Source: Gemmatimonadales bacterium (GTDB lineage Bacteria; Gemmatimonadota; Gemmatimonadetes; Gemmatimonadales; GWC2-71-9). From it: a stretch of 64,000 nt of DNA. The DNA lies in contig JBDSMU010000009.1 of the NCBI GenBank assembly GCA_039915685.1, forward strand, positions 406 through 64,405, read 5' to 3'. The translations under genes and the position numbers were made by a program. The notes beneath the pieces were generated by a model. That model saw nothing but the letters and a program-made list of their open reading frames with translations. It had not been told where the DNA came from and made no database searches. Below, one piece after another: positions 54,361 through 64,000 of this stretch (its first letter is position 1; every line of letters starts with the position of its first letter).

Positions 54361-55908
54361 CTACATCCCGCTCTTCGCCAACCGCGAGTTCCTGATCCCG
54401 TACACGAAGTAGATCACCAGACCGAGAGCCATCCAGACCATGAGCCGGATCCAGGTGTCGCCGGGCAGCCCGTACATCAGGTAACCGCAGATGAGGATGC
54501 CCATGATCGGTACAAACGGTACCCAGGGCGTGCGGAACGGCCGTGGCAGGTCGGGCCGCTTGCTCCGCAGCACCAGGATACCGCCACAGACGATCACGAA
54601 GGCGAGCAGCGTGCCGATCGACACCAGCTCGCCCAGCAGCGCGATCGGGAAGAACCCGGCGATGAGAGCCGCAACGCACCCGGTGATGATGGTCGCGATC
54701 CACGGCGTGCCGAACTTGGGGTGCACCTTGCCGAAGAGCTTCGGGAGCAGGCCGTCACGCGACATTGCATAGAAAATGCGCGGCTGGCCCATGAGCATCA
54801 CCAGTACTACGGACGCCAGTCCCGCGATTGCACCGATGTTCACCAGGAAGCCCAGCCAGGCGAGGCCGGGTCCGGCCTTCTGGATCGCCACGAACACCGG
54901 ATGCGGCACGTTGAGCTCGCTGTAGTGTGCCATGCCCGTCATCACCAGCGCCATCGCGATGTACAGCACGGTGCAGACGGCGAGCGACCCGAGGATGCCG
55001 ATCGGTAGGTCGCGCTGCGGGTTTTTCGCTTCCTGTGCCGTCGTCGACACTGCGTCGAAACCGATGAAGGCAAAGAAGATCACGCCAGCGCCACGGAGAA
55101 TGCCGCTCCAGCCGAACTGGCCCGGCGCGATGTTCTCGGGGATGAATGGGACCCAGTTGGCGGTATCGATGTACTTGATGCCGAAGCCGATCACCGCGAG
55201 GACGATCGCGACCTTCACGTACACGATGAAGTTGTTGAACTTCGCCGATTCCTTGATGCCGATCACCAGCAGCACGGTGAGTACCAGCACCATCAGCATA
55301 GCCGGGACGTTGAGGACGCCACCCTGAACCGTGCCACCGGCTGCGGCACAGTTGGCCACTGAGATGGCCGTGTGCGAGATCGCATCGACTGCGAAGCCCC
55401 CGGTGGCAGGGTCAACACAGAGTTGCGAGCGCACCAGCGTGTGTGTCCCCTCTACCGTGAAGGGAGAGCCCGCGATTGCGGCCGGGATGTGTATCCCCAA
55501 TGAGGCGAAGAAAGCCGTGAAATATCCCGACCAGCCCACCGCGACCGTGGACGCCGCAAAGAGGTACTCGAGAATCAGGTCCCAGCCGATGATCCATGCG
55601 ATGAATTCGCCGAGGGTGGCGTACCCATAGGTGTACGCGCTGCCGGCCACCGGAATCATCGCCGCGAACTCAGCATAGCAGAGGCCGGCAAAGAGACAGC
55701 CGAAGCCGGCGAGGATAAAGGAGATCACGATCGCGGGACCGGCATTGTTGGCGGCCGCCGTGCCCGTGAGCACGAAGATGCCGGCGCCGATGATCGCACC
55801 GATGCCGAGCAGCACGAGGTTGGACGCGGAGAGCGTCCGCTTGAGCGAGCCTTCGGCGCCCTCCTCCGGCACGATATCGGTCAGCGACTTGGTGCGGAAC
55901 AGACTCAC
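54361..55908 (-). CDS. APC-superfamily amino-acid permease (cationic amino acid transporter-like)
   Basis: 12-14 TM helices. N-terminus VSLFRTKSLTDI...LKRTLSASNLVLLGIGAIIGAGIF is typical of the family. GTG 55908 chosen because the 30-aa upstream extension is Arg/Cys/Ser-rich. Confidence 0.88.
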   Translation of the reverse strand: MSLFRTKSLTDIVPEEGAEGSLKRTLSASNLVLLGIGAIIGAGIFVLTGTAAANNAGPAIVISFILAGFGCLFAGLCYAEFAAMIPVAGSAYTYGYATLGEFIAWIIGWDLILEYLFAASTVAVGWSGYFTAFFASLGIHIPAAIAGSPFTVEGTHTLVRSQLCVDPATGGFAVDAISHTAISVANCAAAGGTVQGGVLNVPAMLMVLVLTVLLVIGIKESAKFNNFIVYVKVAIVLAVIGFGIKYIDTANWVPFIPENIAPGQFGWSGILRGAGVIFFAFIGFDAVSTTAQEAKNPQRDLPIGILGSLAVCTVLYIAMALVMTGMAHYSELNVPHPVFVAIQKAGPGLAWLGFLVNIGAIAGLASVVLVMLMGQPRIFYAMSRDGLLPKLFGKVHPKFGTPWIATIITGCVAALIAGFFPIALLGELVSIGTLLAFVIVCGGILVLRSKRPDLPRPFRTPWVPFVPIMGILICGYLMYGLPGDTWIRLMVWMALGLVIYFVYGIRNSRLAKSGM

Positions 55909-56075
55909 GGCAGATACCCCGGAGGAGCGCACTCCTCCCGTTGAGGTGGGACGCACGGCACAGCGACAGGCGGTTCGGCTTGGGGGTGGAGACCCCATAA
56001 GCTACGCCCTGCTAGGCCATCAGGCCAGATCCGGACAGAATCCAGATTCAGAATCTTCAGGTCGGCGGTTCCCCA

Positions 56076-57656
56076 TTATTTGTAGACAGGGAAATCGTTG
56101 TTCTTGTACTGGGCCCAGTAGGCGTCGAGATCGGTCTTCACCCTGCCACTCAACAGCAGCACCCCGAAGAGGTTCGGGAAGGCCATGCCTAAAATCATCA
56201 GGTCGCCGAAACTCAGAATGTTCGTCGCCGAGATGATCGAGCCAAGGAACGTGAAGAGCACGAACACGAACTGGAAAATCCGGCTCTTGCCGTCGCCCAC
56301 CAGATAGGTCCAGCACCGTTCACCGTAGTAGGACCACGAGATCATGGTCGAGAAGGCAAAGAGCAGGACGCACACACTGAGAATGAGGGGGAACCAGGAA
56401 ATGTGCTGCCCGAACGCCCGGGAGGTCAGAGCGGCGCCGCGATTGCCGGCGATCAGCGCCGCGTTGTCGGGATTGCTGTACGCGCCGGTGATCACAATCA
56501 CCAACGCCGTCATCGTGCACACCACGACCGTGTCGATGAACGGCTCGAGGAGCGCCACGATCCCTTCGCGGATTGGGTAGGCTGTTCGGGCCGCCGAGTG
56601 GGCGATCGCCGCCGAACCTGTGCCTGCCTCATTTGAGAACGCGGCGCGACGGAAACCCTGCACCAGCACGCCGATGAAGCCGCCATAGAGGGCGGTCGGC
56701 GCGAACGCGCCCTGAAGGATCGAACCGAACGCCGACGGGATGGCGCTGAAGTTGTCGAACAGGATAAAGAGCGCCGCGAGTGAGTACACCCCGACCATCG
56801 ACGGCACGATCTTGTCGGCGACGTCGGCGATCCGCTTGATCCCGCCGATGATCACGACACCGACGAGGGTTGCCATCACCAGGCCGTAGACCCACGGATA
56901 GATGACCAGAAACGGCATCGATTCCTGCAGCGCGTTCAGGGACTGACTGACCTGGAAGGTGTTGCCCCCGCCCAGCGACCCGCCGATGCAAAGCACCGCG
57001 AAGAGTACCGCGAGCACCTTGCCCAGCCCGCCCAGGTTCAGCTCCTTCAGGCCATTGGAGAGGTAGTACATCGCCCCGCCCATTACGTGGCCGTCGGAAC
57101 GAACCTGTCGGTATTTCTGGCCGAGGGTGCACTCAGCGAACTTGGCTGACATCCCGATCAGCCCGGCAACGATCATCCAGAATGTCGCGCCTGGACCGCC
57201 GATCGACACCGCGATCGCTACGCCGGCAATGTTGCCGAGTCCGACCGTGGCAGAGAGCGCCGTCGTCAGCGCCTGGAAGTGCGAGACCTCCCCCACGTCG
57301 GAGGGATTGGAGTACTTCCCCCGCGTAACGTGGATCGCGTGCTTGAATCCCCGAAAGTTGATGAACCCCATCCGAAGCGTCAGGAAAACCGAGCCGAGCA
57401 CCAGCCAGAGCACCACCACCGGTAGCTGCAGGTTGAGAGCGCTGTCGTTGTCCCAGAACATCACGTCATAGAAAAATACGGCCGTGAGGGGATCGACGAT
57501 CGCCGCCCCGAAAGCCCGGTCGATCGCGCCGATGATCCCGGCGCCCACCACGGTCGCGGTCGAATCGGCAGCCTGAGCAGCGAGCGGGGCCGTTGCGGCG
57601 AGCACCAGTGCAAGAGCCAATGCAAACCGGCGCACGTATCGGGAGCCTCGCGTCAT
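56076..57656 (-). CDS. Alanine/glycine:cation symporter (AGCS family)
   Basis: GGPGATFWMIVAGLIGMSAKFAECTLGQKYR block and a polytopic membrane profile. Confidence 0.92.
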   Translation of the reverse strand: MTRGSRYVRRFALALALVLAATAPLAAQAADSTATVVGAGIIGAIDRAFGAAIVDPLTAVFFYDVMFWDNDSALNLQLPVVVLWLVLGSVFLTLRMGFINFRGFKHAIHVTRGKYSNPSDVGEVSHFQALTTALSATVGLGNIAGVAIAVSIGGPGATFWMIVAGLIGMSAKFAECTLGQKYRQVRSDGHVMGGAMYYLSNGLKELNLGGLGKVLAVLFAVLCIGGSLGGGNTFQVSQSLNALQESMPFLVIYPWVYGLVMATLVGVVIIGGIKRIADVADKIVPSMVGVYSLAALFILFDNFSAIPSAFGSILQGAFAPTALYGGFIGVLVQGFRRAAFSNEAGTGSAAIAHSAARTAYPIREGIVALLEPFIDTVVVCTMTALVIVITGAYSNPDNAALIAGNRGAALTSRAFGQHISWFPLILSVCVLLFAFSTMISWSYYGERCWTYLVGDGKSRIFQFVFVLFTFLGSIISATNILSFGDLMILGMAFPNLFGVLLLSGRVKTDLDAYWAQYKNNDFPVYK

Positions 57657-57731
57657 ATCACGTCCTGCGATGAGGAAAGAGACTGGGTGGTACGCGGATG
57701 GCCGACACCGACGGTGCCGGTCTGGAGGTGT

Positions 57732-59566
<1,835 letters not shown>

Positions 59567-59579
59567 CGTGCCTCCGGGC

Positions 59580-60530
59580 TCAGTCGAGCAGACGGATGAA
59601 GTTCAGGACGGGCGTCGGGAGGAAGCGCGTGCGTCCGCTCCGAATGATCGCACGAACGCGAATCTTGGCCAGCGGCTCGAGATTGCGGAACCGCTCCACC
59701 TCATCGGCCCGTACGACGAGGTACACGAACCCGGTTTCAGGGAGTGGACCGCGAGCCAGGATATACGGCTGCCCGGGTGGCAGTTCAGGGCGGAGTTCGT
59801 CGGCCTGCTGCACCGCCAGCACCTGAAGGGTCCATTCCACCGGCTGGCCCACGTACTTCTCGGGGCTCTCGCGCACATTGGCCCCGGTCACCTGATTGAT
59901 CGGTGCAAGATCCGAGAGCGATGCGTCGCGTGTCCAGCCGTCGATGCGGATCCGCGTCCAACCCTCGCGACGCTCCACCACCTCGACCCGCAGCGGCGAC
60001 TCGACCGTGCCGACGGCGGCGCCACGTGGCGAGGTGCTGATGGTGGCACCTGCCGACAGAGTGGTCGCGGCGCCACCAGCGGAGGCGGCTGGCGGCGGCG
60101 CGGCGTTCGTCGCCGGTGCGGGGATGGCGGCCTGACCGGTGGCGACGAGCGCGCTCGTCACCACCCACCCGGTGCGGCGAACCCTGATCCAACCGCCTTT
60201 CTTTTCGAGCTGCTTGAAGAGCGCCCCGGCACGCGCCATGGCAATCGTGGCGCCGGTGCCGGGGCCCATCCGAACCGCAGTTCCAGCGCTGATGTTGACC
60301 GCGACGTCGAATCCCTCGCGTCGATCGTCGCGCAATGCCGGTTCCGAGATCCATCCCTCGAGCGTGGCCTCGTGCCATGCGCCCCGGACACCGCCGGCGA
60401 AAAGCAGCGCGTCCTTCGCGATTCGCGCGAGGACGGTACCGCCGGGATCCTTCACCAGGTCAGCGTCCGCGACAGTTCGGCGCGCCGGCTGTTGAGCCTG
60501 CAACGACGCCGCAAACACCAGCATCACCAT
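59580..60530 (-). CDS. Secreted protein with three SH3b-like repeats
   Basis: Signal peptide MVMLVFAASLQAQQ. Repeated ...GW(I/T)(R/S)...GW(V/T) segments (WHEATLEGWI, GGWIRVRRTGWV, EGWTRIRIDGWT). Start trimmed to M32 of the track ORF. Confidence 0.55.
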   Translation of the reverse strand: MVMLVFAASLQAQQPARRTVADADLVKDPGGTVLARIAKDALLFAGGVRGAWHEATLEGWISEPALRDDRREGFDVAVNISAGTAVRMGPGTGATIAMARAGALFKQLEKKGGWIRVRRTGWVVTSALVATGQAAIPAPATNAAPPPAASAGGAATTLSAGATISTSPRGAAVGTVESPLRVEVVERREGWTRIRIDGWTRDASLSDLAPINQVTGANVRESPEKYVGQPVEWTLQVLAVQQADELRPELPPGQPYILARGPLPETGFVYLVVRADEVERFRNLEPLAKIRVRAIIRSGRTRFLPTPVLNFIRLLD

Positions 60531-60616
60531 GATGATGCAGGCTGGTAGGCGATATCGAGCGGAAGTAGATTGCGGCGCGCCGATCACGACCGGGAGTGTA
60601 GACCTCGCGGAGGAGC

Positions 60617-62170
60617 ATGTCAAACAACAGCAGGCGCGTAGCGCCGGTCATCCTCGTCGTTCTCGACGGCTGGGGATGGCGCTCGGAAGCCGATGGAAAT
60701 GCTATTGCCCTCGCTCGCACCCCGACATGGGACCGGATGGTCGCGGGAGCACCGCTGACGCTGCTCGACGCGAGTGGGCTCCCGGTGGGCCTCCCCGCAG
60801 GACAGATGGGCAACAGCGAGGTCGGCCACCTCAACCTCGGCGCGGGCCGCGTTGTACCGCAGGATCTCGTCCGCATCAACGAGAGCATTGCGTCGGGCCA
60901 CTTCGCCGCAATCCCTGAGTTCGCAGCGCTTATCGACCACGTGCGCCAAACCGGCGGCACCTTGCACCTCGCGGGGCTCCTCGGCTGGGGCGGGGTGCAT
61001 GCGATCGATGCCCACTTGCGCGCTGCGATTCGCGTCGCCGTGGAGCGGGGGGCGCCCCGCGTGGCGATCCACGGCTTTCTCGACGGACGCGATTCCGGTC
61101 CCACGTCGGGCGCCGAGGTGGTCGCCCAGCTAGAACGCGACATCGCGGAGTCCGGCGGCGGCCGCACCCTTATCGCCACGCTCACCGGCCGCTACTTCGC
61201 GATGGACCGCGACCGCCGCTGGCCCCGCACCCAGCTGGCGGTCGATGCAATGACCCGGGGGATCGGAACCGCCGTCCCGAGTGCCGGCGTCGGTGTCCGC
61301 CTTGCCTACGAGAGGGGCGAGAGCGACGAGTTCGTGAAGCCCCTCGTGATCAGCCGTGATGGCGAGCCGGTGGCCTCGCTGCGCGACGGTGACGCGATAT
61401 TCTTCTTCAACTATCGCAGCGACCGCATGCGCCAGATTGTCTCGGCACTCTGCATCGATGGCTTCGACGGCTTCGACGTCGCGCACTGCCCGCGCATCCC
61501 CGCCGCGACGATGACCCAGTACGACGAGACCTACCCCATCCCCCAGGCGTTCCCGCCGTTCTCAATGGCTCGCATCCTTGCGGAAGAACTGGGAGCTCAC
61601 GGGCGGACCCAGTTCCGTACCGCCGAGACCGAGAAGTATCCGCATGTGACGTACTTCTTCAATGGTGGGGTCGAAGCACCGTACCCCGGTGAGGAGCGAG
61701 ATCTCGTCGCATCACAACACGTCGCGACCTACGACCTCGCGCCCGAGATGAGCGCGGTCGGAATCACCGACACCCTCTGCCGGGCTCTTGCGCGGGGCAA
61801 CCACGATTTCTACCTCGCCAACCTCGCGAACGCCGACATGGTCGGGCACACCGGCGTCATCCCAGCCGTGGTGCGCGCCGTCGAGACGGTCGACGTCTGC
61901 CTGGCTCGAATCGTCGCAGAGGCAGAGCGGACCGGTGCCCGGCTCTTCGTGACCGCCGACCATGGCAACGCCGAGATGATGATCGATCCGGCAACCGGTG
62001 GCCCGCACACGGCGCACACCACCAATCCCGTCCCGATCATCGGGCTCGGAGCCGGCATTCATGCCCTTCGCGGTGGGGGCGCATTGTGCGATGTTGCGCC
62101 CACGGTCCTCGGCCTGCTCGGCATGGACCAGCCGGCCGAGATGACGGGTCGCACACTTCTTCAGGACTAG
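60617..62170 (+). CDS. gpmI: 2,3-bisphosphoglycerate-independent phosphoglycerate mutase
   Basis: LDGWG, MGNSEVGHLNLGAGR, ADHGNAE motifs. 517 aa. Confidence 0.96.
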   Translation: MSNNSRRVAPVILVVLDGWGWRSEADGNAIALARTPTWDRMVAGAPLTLLDASGLPVGLPAGQMGNSEVGHLNLGAGRVVPQDLVRINESIASGHFAAIPEFAALIDHVRQTGGTLHLAGLLGWGGVHAIDAHLRAAIRVAVERGAPRVAIHGFLDGRDSGPTSGAEVVAQLERDIAESGGGRTLIATLTGRYFAMDRDRRWPRTQLAVDAMTRGIGTAVPSAGVGVRLAYERGESDEFVKPLVISRDGEPVASLRDGDAIFFFNYRSDRMRQIVSALCIDGFDGFDVAHCPRIPAATMTQYDETYPIPQAFPPFSMARILAEELGAHGRTQFRTAETEKYPHVTYFFNGGVEAPYPGEERDLVASQHVATYDLAPEMSAVGITDTLCRALARGNHDFYLANLANADMVGHTGVIPAVVRAVETVDVCLARIVAEAERTGARLFVTADHGNAEMMIDPATGGPHTAHTTNPVPIIGLGAGIHALRGGGALCDVAPTVLGLLGMDQPAEMTGRTLLQD

Positions 62171-62177
62171 AGAGACG

Positions 62178-62900
62178 ATGCACGCTGCACCAATCAGGGC
62201 CTTCGCGCTGCTGCTCGCTGCGACTTCCATGACGGTACCTGCGCTTGCGGCGCAGGACAGCGGGCTGACGATCTCGTCGCCGTACCGCGAGATCCGAAAC
62301 GGTCGCTACATCGAGGCGATCGGCGGCCGAATCTTCGGTAATGGTGGCCCAATCCCGGTGGCGCCGCAGGACGGCAACGTCTACGGTGGGCGCGTCGTGT
62401 TCCGTGCCAAGAACACGGTCCAGCTCGCATTCGGAGCATGGACGGCCAACACTGAACGGTTCATCGTGGATGCTGACGACTCGGTCGCCACACGGGTGTC
62501 CGGTCCGGTGCCACAGCGACTCACGGCCGGCGAGGCTTCGATCCAGATGAACCTCACCGGTGGCAAGCGCTGGAATGCCTTGGGACCGTTTTTCGGCGTC
62601 GGACTCGGCTTGGTGCGCGGTTCGAAGTCACCGCTGGCCGACACGTCAACATACAGTTTCGGCACCAAGTTCTTCTTCGTGCCCAATGTCGGTACGCGGA
62701 TCTTCCTCGGTCAGCGTGCCTACGCGAAGGTCGAGGCACGCGCACTGTTCTGGAAGATCAAGTATCCCGGATCGTACACCGACGAGCCCGCGGCTCAGCC
62801 GGGCACCGTCGACAGCCCGAACGCGGTCAACCCGACGGGCAAGCGCGGCGAGTACGTGGTCACGCCGGCGATCTTTGTCGGACTTGGAATCGCGTTCTGA
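62178..62900 (+). CDS. Hypothetical small outer-membrane beta-barrel protein
   Basis: Signal peptide ...VPALAAQ, alternating hydrophobic strands and a C-terminal ...VGLGIAF (terminal Phe). Confidence 0.6.
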   Translation: MHAAPIRAFALLLAATSMTVPALAAQDSGLTISSPYREIRNGRYIEAIGGRIFGNGGPIPVAPQDGNVYGGRVVFRAKNTVQLAFGAWTANTERFIVDADDSVATRVSGPVPQRLTAGEASIQMNLTGGKRWNALGPFFGVGLGLVRGSKSPLADTSTYSFGTKFFFVPNVGTRIFLGQRAYAKVEARALFWKIKYPGSYTDEPAAQPGTVDSPNAVNPTGKRGEYVVTPAIFVGLGIAF

Positions 62901-62917
62901 CAGATTCCATACAGTGC

Positions 62918-63271
62918 GTGCTAACGCGGGCGGTGAGTTTTCATGCCCGGCATCAGTATCCTGACGCCCTCGCGCATGGCCACCTCTACCGGGTCGAAGT
63001 GTCGCTGACTGGGCCACTCGCTCCCGACACTCAGATGATCATCGACCTCGGGATGTTCGACAGGATCGTGGCAAGGATCATCGACCCGCTCGATGGCATG
63101 CTGCTGAACGACTTGATTCCCGAGTTTGCAAACCGTGCCGAACTGCCGACCTGCGAAGCGCTGGCGCGCTGGATCAGGGGACGAGTGGCGGCCTCATTGC
63201 CTGACGGTGTCCGCACGCACCGCGTGCGGGTTGCCGAAGACGACACGCTCTGGGCGGACTGCCTCGGCTGA
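62918..63271 (+). CDS. 6-pyruvoyl-tetrahydropterin / 6-carboxytetrahydropterin synthase family (QueD-like)
   Basis: FHARHQ...HGHLYRVEV Zn-ligand pattern, MIIDLG segment, ~117 aa size typical of the family. GTG start. Confidence 0.78.
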   Translation: MLTRAVSFHARHQYPDALAHGHLYRVEVSLTGPLAPDTQMIIDLGMFDRIVARIIDPLDGMLLNDLIPEFANRAELPTCEALARWIRGRVAASLPDGVRTHRVRVAEDDTLWADCLG

Positions 63272-63297
63272 GGAACCGCTCCACCCATGGAGGTCCC

Positions 63298-64000
63298 GTG
63301 CACCATACCCGCATCGCCGGATTGTTCGCCGCACTGCTGTTGATTTCACCGAGGGTGGTGCATGCACAGGCCACCCGCGATCAGTCGCGCCTTGTCGTCG
63401 GGGTGAGCGCTGGGTGGATCGGCGGCGTCGACCTCTGGGCCGTGCCCAACCAGCCGATCCTCGCCGGTGGTCAGCAGCAGGACATCTTCGGCCTCGAACG
63501 CCGGGTGCGGTCGAACCTGACCTTCATTGGACAGGGAACATTTTTCCCGAGCGACCACATCGGCATCTCGGGTGAAGTAAGCTACCTCGGGCTCGGCACC
63601 ACCGATCAGTGCCTCTTCGTGCCGAGCGCGAACGACCCGTTCAACCAGGCTGCGTGCAGGATGATCAACGGCGACGATCGGTCGGCGTCGGCAGTGGCGA
63701 TTACTGGAGGTGTGGTGCTGCGCCCTTTGAGTCGCTCCGAAATCCAGCCGTACGCGAGGTTGATGGTGGGGGTCGCGTTGGTGCCACGCAGCACGATACC
63801 GGTCTCCGCCGTGCTCGGCATCCGGGAGGACGAGGTGCTGCAGGTTTACCTGGAGAATGGCGACAAGGACGCGCGCCCCACCGGTGTGGTTGCATTCGGG
63901 TTCTCGACCGCTCCCAAGTCGGGATACCAGCTCCGACTCGAGGGCCGCCTCACGGCGGTGCAGTTGCTCACAGTAACGGGACCGACGGCGTCGCAGAACA
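63298..64000 (+). CDS. Hypothetical secreted/outer-membrane protein, 3' truncated by window edge
   Basis: Not in the ORF track because no stop is reached. My own translation from GTG 63298 gives VHHTRIAGLFAALLLISPRVVHAQ (signal peptide), then an uninterrupted frame to nt 64000 with a beta-rich pattern. Confidence 0.5.
   Translation, partial: MHHTRIAGLFAALLLISPRVVHAQATRDQSRLVVGVSAGWIGGVDLWAVPNQPILAGGQQQDIFGLERRVRSNLTFIGQGTFFPSDHIGISGEVSYLGLGTTDQCLFVPSANDPFNQAACRMINGDDRSASAVAITGGVVLRPLSRSEIQPYARLMVGVALVPRSTIPVSAVLGIREDEVLQVYLENGDKDARPTGVVAFGFSTAPKSGYQLRLEGRLTAVQLLTVTGPTASQN

Overview
High-G+C, densely packed bacterial chromosomal segment with about 60 CDS and one tRNA-Leu. My low-confidence lineage guess is Gemmatimonadota-like, based only on the protein repertoire and the many AQ-type signal peptides; it cannot be verified here. 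The content is overwhelmingly housekeeping. Proteostasis: dnaK, an HtrA-family protease, tig-clpP-clpX-engB. Amino-sugar and glucose-phosphate metabolism: glmS plus a phosphohexomutase, malQ, pgm, gpmI. Purine: purD, guaB. Also trpE, a Cys/Met PLP enzyme, a quinone tail-end operon (UbiE/UbiD/UbiA/UbiX families), Fe-S carriers (mrp, nfu), DNA repair (mutM, a Cho-like GIY-YIG nuclease), two amino-acid transporters, and many secreted, lipoprotein or outer-membrane hypotheticals. I see no rRNA, CRISPR array, transposase, integrase, phage gene or recognisable defence module. I cannot honestly point to a clearly novel multi-gene system. The most unusual items are: (1) an octamer array (3 inverted + 10 direct copies) between a TonB-dependent receptor and an FN3 lipoprotein gene, which gives a 22-bp hairpin with alternative pairing registers and a 90-nt G-free tract; (2) a degenerate TCCGTYC heptamer tandem-repeat family at three intergenic sites; (3) an orphan GspE/PilB-type secretion ATPase with a C-terminal receiver domain, sitting downstream of an Omp85-like protein; (4) a translationally coupled four-gene ECF sigma module; (5) mutually exclusive hairpins in the leader of a Cys/Met PLP enzyme gene. 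The ORF track uses ATG, GTG and TTG starts and always takes the longest ORF, so many starts were trimmed from signal peptides or conserved N-termini. Long antisense ORFs are treated as high-GC artefacts.
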